From positions 22,396 through 86,395 of the forward strand of contig DATKYN010000062.1 in assembly GCA_035528435.1 (NCBI GenBank): a DNA stretch of 64,000 bases, written 5' to 3'. The notes beneath the pieces were generated by a model, which was not told the DNA's origin, searched no databases, and saw only the letters and a list, made by a program, of their open reading frames with translations. Positions within the stretch are counted from its first letter, which is position 1. Each line of letters begins with the position of its first letter. Positions 38,701 to 48,072 of this stretch are shown here, in pieces. The position numbers and the translations under genes were made by a program. The stretch is from Burkholderiales bacterium. Its GTDB lineage: Bacteria; Pseudomonadota; Gammaproteobacteria; Burkholderiales; Eutrophovitaceae.

Positions 38701-39033
38701 TCCCTTTTGGCAGTGGCGCATGGCATCATTGACGAACCGGCCTTATCCCGCTTTTTTGATCCCGGCCAATACATCCGTGCGATCAATGAACTGTCATACG
38801 TTTCCGATAGTGGGGAACTAAGGCGTATCGATCGCGTTGTGGAGTTTGCCGAAGATATCTGGATTCTTGATTACAAGACCGGCGACGTTGCCGATCCTGG
38901 CGACGTCGAGGCGGCGGTAAGACCCTACCGCAAACAACTCGATGGATACCGTGCCGCGGTGTCGGTACTGATGCCAGGGAAGCCGGTCAGGTCAGCCTTG
39001 ATTTTTTCCGGTGGTCGGTTGCATCAGGTATAG
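35743..39033 (+). CDS. addA: AddA-like UvrD/Rep-family helicase-nuclease
   Basis: Walker A ACAGSGKT, helicase motifs (LLDEFQDTN, VGDPKQSIYRFRRA, TVHGAKGLE, LLYVAVTRAK) and a C-terminal nuclease motif (RIDRVVEF...ILDYKTG). Start set at the ATG at 35743. Confidence 0.85.
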   Translation: MTTEQQTRQLNARALDPGQSVVIEACAGSGKTWLLVSRIVRLLLADVRPSEILAITFTRKAAQEMKARLHEWLHFLAIGSDDEIKQFLRDREVQEDQIEAMLPRARGLFEAFLIDQPGITVSTFHGWFLQLLKRAPLAAGAANGANLVDQVSSLIDEAWELFAEGLQRQPDSPVALALTWLFENYGLVSTRSLLTAFIEKRAEWWAYTRSHSDPVEYALEKLCSDMQVAPDDDVIGAVFADRELKNALDEYAELLDRNQVNGDVNRAAQVRAAPGEADAARRFEAVWQVLMTSDGRLRVRKPTNAGEKRLGEAGQKRFLSLHVQIGAAMERARALLTEQGVYRLNEAGLLCGAELLERYESIKRARGVIDYTDVEWRSWLLLSTSDYAEYMQYRLDARYRHILLDEFQDTNPLQWQILKAWLDASADAQSQPRVFLVGDPKQSIYRFRRAEPRLFEVARSYLAERHGAHELEQNVTRRNAPAVVSVVNELFSQTAEGFQPHVPYQKALPGRVELLPLFEASEVSDVQVDPWRNPLDHPRVEEADRRRLREAEALAQRIGVIVGRWQIMDGTQVRALRYEDIHILVRRRTHLDIYERALRHAQIPYIGSRQGGLLDTLEAIDMTALLQFLVLPFADIHLATVLRSPMFDVDNADLATLSGADGANWWQRLCELVRTGAASAGLIRAQHLLSGWIKGADLRPVHDLLDRIYFEADVMSRYEAAVPVPMRTGVAANLRAFMEVALSTDSGRYPSLQGFLHRLEGMRRAAAQEAPDVGVIAEGTNAVRIFTVHGAKGLEAPVVWLLDTNAGPGRSDSYSVMADWPPEALRPRHFSLFTRKEERGESRAQLFEEDMRLAEREDLNLLYVAVTRAKQVLIASGIETADGGASWYQRLSEAIAACGDQAPVQEVETQDASAALADPHALRTDRGGVSLQMPMDIGTRRDDLVDSRRRHGTLVHALLEKIVPPADVRDRDFLRRSLGISEAEFESLLAVAHGIIDEPALSRFFDPGQYIRAINELSYVSDSGELRRIDRVVEFAEDIWILDYKTGDVADPGDVEAAVRPYRKQLDGYRAAVSVLMPGKPVRSALIFSGGRLHQV

Positions 39034-39518
39034 GTCGTTGCGTGGTGACATGCACGGCGATGAAGGCCCTTTTCGGATGTTATTCATGCTTAGCGATTAA
39101 CAACGCGGCGGCCAAAACGAGCAGCCCGGTCAGAATCAGCGTGCGAAGTACACTATCGTCCTGGTGCGCATTGCGTTCCCTGGACATTCTGGCACACGCG
39201 GCGCTGCTCAAAAGTTCGTGCGCACGCGTGCAATTCTGCTGTACAGGAAAACCAGTCGGTACGGGTGTCAGATTATGAACGGCTGGCACGGCACAGCGCG
39301 ATGATGGTTTGCCAGAATGATCCCGGGAGCATACGGCTTGACCGTTTTCTGCTGTACGCTGCGTTTTATGTTCGCGGTAAAGTCCTGAACGTAATTCCCG
39401 GAGCTCGCCATATTCACCGAAGTGCTTGATACCGGGCTTGCAGATCAGATAAAGCGTCAGTGTCTCAACAAAAAATATTTGACTGATAATCCAGAATGAA
39501 CCTTGGGAGGTTGATCAA

Positions 39519-40268
39519 GTGAGACTCGAAAATAAAGTGGCTTTGATTAGTGGTGCCGCATCGGGAATGGGTGAGAGCGCAGCCCGGCTCTTTGCCCGAG
39601 AGGGTGCGAAGGTGGTTGTTGCGGATATCCTCGAGGCGGAAGGAAAGGCAGTGGCTAAGCAGATCGTGTCGGACGGTGGTGATGCGATTTTTGTTGCATT
39701 GGACGTCACATCGGAGGCGCAGTGGCAAGCGGCCATCGATGAGACGGTATCGCGCTACGCCCGGCTCGATATCCTGGTAAACAATGCCGGTCTCAGTGGT
39801 GCCGTACCCGATCGGATGGACGTGGATTACTTCGACAAGCTGATGGCGGTGAATGCGCGCGGGAATTTTCTGGGAATGAAGACCGCCATTTCGCAAATGC
39901 AGAAAGCGGGCGGCGGATCAATTGTCAATCTGTCTTCGATATCCGGAATTATCGGACAGGAATTTGTCCACATGGGTTACAACGGGGCCAAGGGCGCCAT
40001 TCGCCTGATGACGAAATCGGCTGCAGTTCAGTACGCGCAAGACGGCATTCGCGTGAACTCGGTCCATCCCGGCTTGATGCCGCCGATGCGCAGTTCCGTA
40101 TCAGCCGCTGACCCCAAACTGCGCGAAAAAGTGATTGAAACGATTCCAATGCGCCGCGCCGGCCGTGCCGAGGAGGCTGCCTACGCTATTTTGTTCCTTG
40201 CTTCCGACGAAGCATCGTATATAACCGGAGCGGAACTTGTGGTTGATGGCGGAGCGGTCGTCGCCTGA
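39519..40268 (+). CDS. SDR family oxidoreductase
   Basis: SGAASGMG cofactor motif, NNAG, and catalytic YNGAK. GTG start preceded by GGGAGG. Confidence 0.85.
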   Translation: MRLENKVALISGAASGMGESAARLFAREGAKVVVADILEAEGKAVAKQIVSDGGDAIFVALDVTSEAQWQAAIDETVSRYARLDILVNNAGLSGAVPDRMDVDYFDKLMAVNARGNFLGMKTAISQMQKAGGGSIVNLSSISGIIGQEFVHMGYNGAKGAIRLMTKSAAVQYAQDGIRVNSVHPGLMPPMRSSVSAADPKLREKVIETIPMRRAGRAEEAAYAILFLASDEASYITGAELVVDGGAVVA

Positions 40269-40525
40269 GCGATGCGTCGCGAAACAGATGGCAACAGGTA
40301 TCAGGCCATGACGATGTGCTGGTTCATACGCTGTTACCGTTGATCCGCCACAAGTTACAGCTATCGATCGCAGGTCAACCTTTTTCCGGATTGTTGTCCG
40401 TATAGTGATGGTGGCCAGAATGTTGAAGTCATGCTGATGGAGAGAACAAATCTGCCCGCCGCGTTGACGATTCCCACTGTGGATGGCACATTGACGATAT
40501 CGCAGTGCAGTTTATCGGGGTCACC

Positions 40526-41368
40526 ATGAAGCAGACGCTTTACGATATTCTCGAAGTCGCTCAGGATGCTTCGTTTGAAGACATCGAGATCGCGTATGCC
40601 AAGCGGTTTGCAGTGCTGCGATCCGAAACCAGTTGGGACTCGAATCGACTGGTGATGTTGAATGAGGCGCGCGAGGTGTTATCGGACCCCGGACGGCGCG
40701 CCGCATACGATTCGTCGCTCGCCGTGGTGCCCGCACGTGCCCGGGCGCACAGCCAGGTCGCCGAGACCGATCGCGAGGCGCGCTCCTACGGAAAATGGCC
40801 CATCGTTTTTGTCGTGCTCGCCGGGCTCGCTGTCTGGTTGGTGATGCGCGATGACGCTACACCCGAGCGTTCAGTTGCGACGCAGAATAGTGACGCGCCT
40901 GAAGCTTCGAATGCTTCGGGGCAAGCGGATTCAATTGATGATGAAACGGTGATAGAGGTGGAATTGCCCTCCGCGGGAGAGTCAGCGGATACATCGGCAT
41001 CAACACTGGCGGTGCAGACTGAAGAGGCGGTTATGGACGATGGCCTGTCTGCCGAAGAGGCTGTCGACGAATTTGACGCAACGAACGGACAGAGCGTACC
41101 TCCTGCCCCTGAGCCCATTGTTGGGAACTGGGATTGTTTTGACCCGGTGACCGGCCGAACCATTACGGTGACCTTTACGGCTGATGGCAGCTTCACCATG
41201 CGGCAAAGCAACAACCAGGTGCAGACCTTCGCTTACGAGGTGGCGGGAGGCCAGGTCATGCTGGCTGATGCCGACCCGCCACGAGCAATGGGAATCGGTG
41301 AGTTGAGTGCGAACAAGCTGATCTTGCTTGACGCTGTTGAAGGCCGAAGTATTGTCTGCTCGCGCTAG
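40526..41368 (+). CDS. J-like domain-containing membrane protein (HPD motif absent)
   Basis: The N-terminus TLYDILEV..DASFEDIEIAYAKRF...LNEAREVLSDPGRRAAYD follows the J-domain helix pattern, but HPD is replaced by SETSWD. One TM helix (WPIVFVVLAGLAVWLVM), an acidic linker, and a small C-terminal beta domain. Confidence 0.7.
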   Translation: MKQTLYDILEVAQDASFEDIEIAYAKRFAVLRSETSWDSNRLVMLNEAREVLSDPGRRAAYDSSLAVVPARARAHSQVAETDREARSYGKWPIVFVVLAGLAVWLVMRDDATPERSVATQNSDAPEASNASGQADSIDDETVIEVELPSAGESADTSASTLAVQTEEAVMDDGLSAEEAVDEFDATNGQSVPPAPEPIVGNWDCFDPVTGRTITVTFTADGSFTMRQSNNQVQTFAYEVAGGQVMLADADPPRAMGIGELSANKLILLDAVEGRSIVCSR

Positions 41369-41576
41369 TGACTGTTGGCGCAATGCCTGGCAAGTCACCC
41401 CGGAAAGTGCTGCGCGCAAGGGCACGCTCGTAGTTTTTTTCCCCGATTGTCCGGGAAAGGGCGCATGTCGCCATGTCTGCGTTGTTGCCCGGATTCGTAA
41501 CTTTACCCCTAAAGATGCATTGCTTTGGCGTTGCCGCGAGTTACCCAGGGGGTTTCGGTAACAACGTCAGTTATTT

Positions 41577-42356
41577 CTATGTCCGGGGTAATAGATCACG
41601 ATATGCATGCCAGGTTGCATGTCCAATCAACGGCAGCGTAATCACCAGCCCAGTCATGAATGTGGCAAACCCGATCAGCGTCAGGGTGGCGATCAGCCCG
41701 GCCCATAAAATCATTGGCAACGGGTTCCCGGCAACAACTTTGACACTGGTCATGATGGCGTGCCATGTGCTGCCGCCGCGGTCAAATATCATTGGTGCCG
41801 AAATCGCTGATATGCCGAACGCCAGCGCTGCAAGGATGGCACCGGTAACAATATAGGTTACGAGAAAGTTGGTATGGGGCCAGTCGACAACCGTGCGATA
41901 AAAACTGACCTGGACGTCAGGCACCTGTTCGCCGAATGTCTGCTCGAAGAGCAGGCTCGAGATGAGACCCCATACGAGCGCAATGATCGCGAGAATAACG
42001 CCAAGGCGGGCCAGTGAGCCAATATTCTTGATTGCTTCGTCCAGTGCGCTGTCGAAGTTCACTTTCTGACCACGTGCGCGCAGCCGTGAGAGAGCGTAAA
42101 ACCCGGCCCCAAAAATCGGGCCGACCAGCATGAATCCGGAAACGGAAAGTGCGAGTAACTCAATTTGTGAACTGCAAAGTACGATGATCATCCAACCCAT
42201 CGCCGCGAGAATCAGACCTTGGAATATGCTGGGAACCGGGTTTTCCATTATGTCGCCCCAGGCCAGTCTTAACCAACGGAAGGGACGCATAACCTCCACG
42301 TGCCCGATTGCCTCGTTGGTCGTCAAGTCTTTGTTCGCGTTGGCTGCATGTTCCAT
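41577..42356 (-). CDS. DUF2189 domain-containing integral membrane protein
   Basis: PFRWLRLAWGDI...P..S.. N-terminal motif plus 5-6 TM helices. GGAGGAG Shine-Dalgarno sequence upstream of the ATG. Confidence 0.6.
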   Translation of the reverse strand: MEHAANANKDLTTNEAIGHVEVMRPFRWLRLAWGDIMENPVPSIFQGLILAAMGWMIIVLCSSQIELLALSVSGFMLVGPIFGAGFYALSRLRARGQKVNFDSALDEAIKNIGSLARLGVILAIIALVWGLISSLLFEQTFGEQVPDVQVSFYRTVVDWPHTNFLVTYIVTGAILAALAFGISAISAPMIFDRGGSTWHAIMTSVKVVAGNPLPMILWAGLIATLTLIGFATFMTGLVITLPLIGHATWHAYRDLLPRT

Positions 42357-42443
42357 GAGCGCTCCTCCTGAGTGATGATGTCGCGACCAGTGCCGGGAGC
42401 CACACTGTTGTTGCAGTCATGATCCTCGCTGGACGAGGCGCCC

Positions 42444-43451
42444 GTGACAAGCTTTTGCCCGATCGATACAATTGTTTACGTATCTGGCAGCCTGAGTGGA
42501 TGTGCTCTCCAGCATACACCTGCACGCGAACGCATCAAGTTTGCTGTTGATGAATCCGCATATCGAGACGATTGTGAAAACCCGGGAGACCCTGTGCCTG
42601 ACGCTGTACTTGCAAACAGAACCGCTATTGTTACCGGAGCAGCAGGTGGAATTGGTCGCGTGCTGGTGGAGGCATTTCTCGATGCGGGGGCGAATGTTGT
42701 CGCGCTCGATGTCGACGACGGTACGCTCACGCACCTCGGCAGCGTATTAAATGAAAAATACTCTTCGTCGAAGCTGCTTTGTAGCGCTATCGATATTGCT
42801 GACTATTCTGCCTGTGAGCACGCCGTCGAGTCGTCCATTGCGCGTTTTGGTGGACTTCACATCCTCATCAATAATGCAGCCGTTGGCATGGGCGTCATAC
42901 GTGAAGATCACTTTTCCCGGCTGGTTGGTATTCAGGAAATAGATCCTGACGTCTGGCAACGTTTCATTGCGGTTAATGTGTCTGGTGCCTGGAACATGAC
43001 ACGGGCATCGGCTGGCCATTTTCTGGCGCAAGGATGGGGCCGCGTGATCAATGTCACAACCAGTTTTTTCACCATGTTGCGCGGCGGATTCCACCCCTAC
43101 GGACCGTCCAAGGCCGCTCTCGAGGCCATGGCCCACGGGCACGCCCAGGAATTCGAGGGCACTGGTGTAACGGTGAACGTCGTTGTACCCGGAGGGCCGG
43201 CGGATACGCCGTTAGTTCCCGACGATATTGGCGTCGACCGGAACAGCCTTATTGCGCCGTCGGTCATGGTGCCGCCGATACTGTGGTTGTGCTCGGAAGG
43301 GGCGAACGAAATCACGGGCAACCGTTATGTGGCGGCGCATTGGGATGTAGCCATATCACCCGATCAGGCGGAACAGATCTGTCGCGCTCCCGCCGCATGG
43401 CCACAGCTTGCGCAATCACCCGTGTGGCCGGGGGGAAAACCCGATCGCTGA
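42444..43451 (+). CDS. SDR family oxidoreductase with N-terminal extension (start uncertain)
   Basis: TGAAGGIGR, NNAA and catalytic YGPSK. About 55 residues precede the Rossmann motif. GTG start with GAGG upstream. Confidence 0.75.
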   Translation: MTSFCPIDTIVYVSGSLSGCALQHTPARERIKFAVDESAYRDDCENPGDPVPDAVLANRTAIVTGAAGGIGRVLVEAFLDAGANVVALDVDDGTLTHLGSVLNEKYSSSKLLCSAIDIADYSACEHAVESSIARFGGLHILINNAAVGMGVIREDHFSRLVGIQEIDPDVWQRFIAVNVSGAWNMTRASAGHFLAQGWGRVINVTTSFFTMLRGGFHPYGPSKAALEAMAHGHAQEFEGTGVTVNVVVPGGPADTPLVPDDIGVDRNSLIAPSVMVPPILWLCSEGANEITGNRYVAAHWDVAISPDQAEQICRAPAAWPQLAQSPVWPGGKPDR

Positions 43452-43573
43452 GCGCTCGCTGAAGCAATGTGACGTCGTGTCACCACGGAGTTGCGCATAG
43501 CGTTAAGGTTCCAACCCATACTACCCGGGCTGCCTGGTTCAACGATTCCGGGCGAGTGTTTCTTGTAAGCGGC

Positions 43574-44371
43574 TCAGGCTACTGGATCGACATCGAGCCG
43601 CACGATCCAGTCCTCGAAGCCGGGCTTTGCGGCCGGATAACGCGCCATCACCAATGGATCATGGCCGGGAATGACGTGCCGGGACGAGGTGGCGAGCTGG
43701 CGAAGGGTATTGAAACCATCGAGCATTTCGGCCAGGTTGTAAACGATGGGAAAGGCACGGTCCTGCTCCATGTGCGCGTAAAAGTGCGAAGCGTCGGATG
43801 CCAGCACCACCCAGCCGCGCTGCGTCTTGACCCGCACTGACTGCAAACCCATCGTATGCCCGCCAATATGATGCAATTCGATTCCCGGTGCGATCTGCGC
43901 TGAACCATCGTGAAATTGCACCCGTTGATCGTGCACGCAGCGCACCATCTCGACAACATCATTGGCTTCGTATGGATGACGCATAAGGTTATGGCACATG
44001 CAGCGACCGGTGGCGAAATCCATCTCCTTGTCCTGGAGGTGAAACTTCGCGTTGCTGAACAGAGGTACGTTGCCGGCATGGTCGTAATGCATATGTGTGA
44101 TCACGACGTCCTCCACTTTTTCCGGGTTGATCCCCAACGCCCGGATGCCTTCTTCTACCGGGCGCAAAATCGTACGGCCACGTTTTTTAGCCGCCTCCTG
44201 CCCGAACCCGGTGTCGACTACCACGGTGCGTGACTTGTTCGAGATGGTCCAGACGTAGTAGTCAAGCGGCATGTCGAGATCATGCGGATCGCCTCCGATG
44301 AAATTGTCCGGCGAGCGCCGCGACAGCCATGCATACTTGATCCCGTAAATTTCGTATACATCGTCATTCAT
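43574..44371 (-). CDS. MBL-fold metallo-hydrolase, N-acyl homoserine lactonase family
   Basis: HMHYDHAG (H-x-H-x-D-H) plus downstream His/Asp ligands. GGAGCA Shine-Dalgarno sequence before the ATG at 44371. Confidence 0.8.
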   Translation of the reverse strand: MNDDVYEIYGIKYAWLSRRSPDNFIGGDPHDLDMPLDYYVWTISNKSRTVVVDTGFGQEAAKKRGRTILRPVEEGIRALGINPEKVEDVVITHMHYDHAGNVPLFSNAKFHLQDKEMDFATGRCMCHNLMRHPYEANDVVEMVRCVHDQRVQFHDGSAQIAPGIELHHIGGHTMGLQSVRVKTQRGWVVLASDASHFYAHMEQDRAFPIVYNLAEMLDGFNTLRQLATSSRHVIPGHDPLVMARYPAAKPGFEDWIVRLDVDPVA

Positions 44372-44413
44372 GCTTGCGTGCTCCAAACGAGTTCAGGCGG
44401 TTCTAATCTACCG

Positions 44414-44800
44414 CTAGGAGTCTGACTTTTCCAGTTCGGCGAGCGCCTCCTTGGCGTTACGGAACGAGTCGATGGCGGCGGGAACGCCGGCATAGATGGC
44501 AACTTGCAGCAGGATCTCGCGAATCTCATCTTTCGATACTCCATTGCGGATAGCACCGCGAATGTGCAGCTTGAATTCGTGTGGGCGGTTCAGTACGGCA
44601 AGCATGGCGATATTGAGCATGCTGCGCGTCTTTTTTGGTAGATCCTCGCGACCCCATACTGCTCCCCAGCAGTACTCTGTCACCAGCTTCTGCATCGGCA
44701 TGTTGAAATCATCGGCTGCAGCGATCGACTTTTCCACGAATTCGGCACCAAGTACAGATTTGCGTATTCCCAAGCCTTTTTCGAAAAGTTCATCGTTCAT
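44414..44800 (-). CDS. carboxymuconolactone decarboxylase family protein
   Basis: 128 aa. The AhpD-like/CMD pattern (LVTEYCWG.VW.R..L..KTRS.L.IA.L...). AGGAG Shine-Dalgarno sequence. Confidence 0.85.
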   Translation of the reverse strand: MNDELFEKGLGIRKSVLGAEFVEKSIAAADDFNMPMQKLVTEYCWGAVWGREDLPKKTRSMLNIAMLAVLNRPHEFKLHIRGAIRNGVSKDEIREILLQVAIYAGVPAAIDSFRNAKEALAELEKSDS

Positions 44801-45380
44801 ATTGTTCTCCTGTTGGTGGTAAATACATGGTTGTTTTGTTTGTCACAGAGATACAGACCGCATACAGACATTCGATCAGATCAACATACTTTGTGGAACT
44901 TTGTATCTTTCTCATGAGGGTCTTGCGTTCTGATCGCGCCTTACACAATGAAATCAGCGTGTGGGCCCAATCGGCTTTGACATCACGTCTTTGGCCGAAT
45001 AAATATTGACGGGGATGCCGTGTGCCATTGCACGATGTGCATAATAGTTGAGCCAACACGACGCTCGTTCGGATCGAACCTGATTCGTGCTCCAGCTAAA
45101 TGGGTCACCGGGCAATCGTCTGCAGTTGGCTTTGTCGGCGAGTTCCAGGGATTCCTGTAATAACGACATGTACCCATAAGTGGTGATGAGATGCTGGGTT
45201 GGCCACGGCTTTCGGGTCTTGTTTTTTGGTATTTGGATGGAGCTGGTTGGTGCGTTGGTGGACAAGTCCGCAGCCACGGACAACATGCCTTCGAATCACT
45301 CGATGTGTTGGAGATCAGATCCGGATCAAGAATCGCAGAGCCGTTGGCGATGGCCGGGACACGTCCGTGCCTTCGCGGCT

Positions 45381-46796
45381 TCATTGATCCCGCTTCCTCG
45401 CCGCGACACCGAGCAGTTCGTTTAGCCTGCCAGCGTTGTCTGCGTTGTCGATGTCGTCAATGAATGCCTCGATCTTCATGGCATGCTCGTCACCGAAAGC
45501 CTTTGCAGCTTCCCGCCGAAAGCGGTCACGCACGTCGCTTGCGCTTGCGTTAACCACATCGGCAAGCCGTACCCGGTGGGTCTTGCCATCGATGTCCTCG
45601 ACTTCGACCTCACCTCCCTGTTGACCGGGATAGGCTTGCGTCATCTCATCATCGACTTCAAGTCTGATCATGCCGATCAACCGCCGCAAGGACGGATCGT
45701 CAAGCAGGCTGAAATTACTTTCCGACATGTCGCCGGTGAGCAGTGCGGCAGCGACGTTGTACTGAATGCTCATCTTTGCCTGAAGGATGTGAGCGAAAGG
45801 TCCGCAGTGGTTACAGCCGGGATAAAGCATGCCTGCACGTGGCACGCGAATTCGGATCGACACGATCCGTTCCGGACTGAGTGATGAGCGCCGCACGACA
45901 GCGAGCGCCGCCTGCGAGGGCGTCTGCGCAAAATTACAAGCTGGCACCGGTTTGTGATAAACGGACATGATTTCGGGTTCGCCATCAAACACGGTGACTG
46001 AAGAGGCCGCTGAACGTTTGTCTAGTGATGCAAAAAGCCCTGCTTCGCCGTCGAGGCAAGACGGTGAAGCGTACGCTCCGGCTTCGGCAAGGCGGGCTGC
46101 CGTCAGTGCATTGCGCGCGGCAAAGCCGGCCTGAAAGAACATCTCGCTGCCGCCGGTAAGCGCCCACTGGTTGAATCCAAGTGTGGTGTTGGTGCCCAGA
46201 GCAATTGCGCTGACGGTTGCCTCGCGATCGAGTCCGAGAACACACGCACCCGCAGCAGCCGCGCCGATCGGACCGCTGATCCCGGTGGGGCGGCGAATAC
46301 GCGCAATCTCGGGTGTTATGGCGGCACGACCGACGCGAGCACCGACTTCGTAACCGGCGATCACCGCGGCACAGAATTGCCGGCCATTTACCTGTCGATA
46401 CTGTGACAGTGCGAGCGTCGTTGGCAATACTACAATTCCGAGGTGGCTGACGCTGCCAGAGTGCATATCTTCGCGTACCAGGCCATGACCCATTACGGCA
46501 TTGACAAACGCCGCGTCTGCATGGGAACTCATCGTTGAAGTGCCGATAATGGACGCGCCGCCGCTTTCTGCGGCCACCGATTGCGCCGTTGCGCCTGCCT
46601 GGACGCTCCACGGGAGATCTCGCGATTCAATGGCACAACCGACGAAATCAAACAGGCAGGTTTTGACTTTTTCAATGACTTCGACGGAGAGGTCCGTCGA
46701 CCTCTGGGAAACACAGGCATCAGCGATTCGTATCGCTAGCGACGCCTGCACTGGACCTGGTTCAGCATTATCGGCAGGGCGGATTACAGCAGACAT
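45381..46796 (-). CDS. MmgE/PrpD family protein
   Basis: About 471 aa from the ATG at 46796 (AGGAG Shine-Dalgarno sequence upstream). N-terminal pattern L...IA.........L..EVIEK.K.C..D..GC is typical of the 2-methylcitrate dehydratase family. Confidence 0.85.
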   Translation of the reverse strand: MSAVIRPADNAEPGPVQASLAIRIADACVSQRSTDLSVEVIEKVKTCLFDFVGCAIESRDLPWSVQAGATAQSVAAESGGASIIGTSTMSSHADAAFVNAVMGHGLVREDMHSGSVSHLGIVVLPTTLALSQYRQVNGRQFCAAVIAGYEVGARVGRAAITPEIARIRRPTGISGPIGAAAAGACVLGLDREATVSAIALGTNTTLGFNQWALTGGSEMFFQAGFAARNALTAARLAEAGAYASPSCLDGEAGLFASLDKRSAASSVTVFDGEPEIMSVYHKPVPACNFAQTPSQAALAVVRRSSLSPERIVSIRIRVPRAGMLYPGCNHCGPFAHILQAKMSIQYNVAAALLTGDMSESNFSLLDDPSLRRLIGMIRLEVDDEMTQAYPGQQGGEVEVEDIDGKTHRVRLADVVNASASDVRDRFRREAAKAFGDEHAMKIEAFIDDIDNADNAGRLNELLGVAARKRDQ

Positions 46797-46833
46797 TGAA
46801 CAATCTCCTGGCTGTGTGTTCTGTTGAGCCGCA

Positions 46834-47727
46834 TCAGCCGCGTACTTCGACGCCGGCCCAGGACTCAATGACCCGGCACATTGACGTGAAGTCCGAATCG
46901 GCACCGTACATTGCCTTGGTGACCGCCAGCATCTGACGTACTGTGGCCCCGACCACCATCGGTACGCCGAGCGCTTCCGCCTCATCAATGCACAGGCTGA
47001 CATCCTTGTAAGACAGTCCTGTGGTAAAGCCGAAATCAAACGTGCCGGGCAGCACCGAACGAGGAAACTTGTCCTGGGTCGCGCTGTTGCGGCCAGTGCT
47101 GGTGTTGAGAACATCGAGCATCACTTTCGGGTCGAGGCCTGCCTTGACTCCCATAACCATCGCTTCCGACGTGAGGGCGATTGCGGCACCTGCAAGAAGA
47201 TTATTGGCGAGTTTCATCGTTTGCGCCTGACCCGGCACTTCGCCGAGATGAAAAACCTTGCCGAAGTTCGCCAAAATTCCTTTCGCATCGGAAAAAATGG
47301 CTCCGGGGCATGCAACCATGATAGCCAGCGTTCCTTCGCGTGCCCCTTTCACGCCACCGCTGACCGGAGCGTCGATGTAGTCAATGTGCTCGCTTGCCAA
47401 TGCATCTGCGACGCGCTTGGCAGTGCGGGGCCCGATAGTCGAAAAATCGACAATACGCTTGACGGATCGTCCTTCCATCAGACCGTCTGCGCCCAGAATT
47501 ACGCGCTCCACGATTTGCGGATTAGGCAAGCTTGTAAAAACCGTCTCGGCGGCCGAAGCGACCTCGCTGGCCGAAGCCGCACCTTGCGCGCCGAGTTTTT
47601 CCATCGCAGATACTGCTTCAGGATTCGCGTCGAAAACATGAACCGTATGCCCTGCGTCAAGCAGGCGCGTTGCCATCGGTCCCCCCATATTTCCCACACC
47701 AACAAAACCGAGTGTTGCACTGGCCAT
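46834..47727 (-). CDS. NAD(P)-dependent oxidoreductase, 3-hydroxyisobutyrate dehydrogenase family
   Basis: LGFVGVGNMGGPMA dinucleotide-binding motif and the DAPVSGG motif. 297 aa. Confidence 0.85.
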   Translation of the reverse strand: MASATLGFVGVGNMGGPMATRLLDAGHTVHVFDANPEAVSAMEKLGAQGAASASEVASAAETVFTSLPNPQIVERVILGADGLMEGRSVKRIVDFSTIGPRTAKRVADALASEHIDYIDAPVSGGVKGAREGTLAIMVACPGAIFSDAKGILANFGKVFHLGEVPGQAQTMKLANNLLAGAAIALTSEAMVMGVKAGLDPKVMLDVLNTSTGRNSATQDKFPRSVLPGTFDFGFTTGLSYKDVSLCIDEAEALGVPMVVGATVRQMLAVTKAMYGADSDFTSMCRVIESWAGVEVRG

Positions 47728-48072
47728 AGAATCCCCCCTCTTTCCTTGAGTGTTATGTCTGGCTTACTTCGGGCCTGCAGCCAGCCGTGCCGCGATAATA
47801 CTCCGGCAATCATGAAGTGGCATTCGTACCGGGGGCACTGCGCGGCGACGGCTTTGGTGTTTGGTGGTGTCGCGCCGCAACAAACGAACCTTGCCAAACA
47901 GCACAACTATCATGCTGATCTTGCGCCGCATTTTCTGTTGCCGGCGCGACTACCTTGCAGCGCGCCACGCGGGCCAAAAAACGGGAGCGAATCTTGCCTC
48001 TGATACGAGTGTAGTCCACAAGCGGTGTCGACCCACGAACGGTTTTGCGACACCATGTGAAGGGAGGTAAAC

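Noticed and set aside
39080-39289. 69-codon minus-strand ORF after addA, with an internal 35-aa version (39080-39187) ending in a TM-like segment (LRTLILTGLLVLAAALLIAKHE)
   Set aside because: It could be a tiny membrane protein. However, there is no Shine-Dalgarno sequence, no recognisable family and no supporting context, so evidence is insufficient to call a feature.
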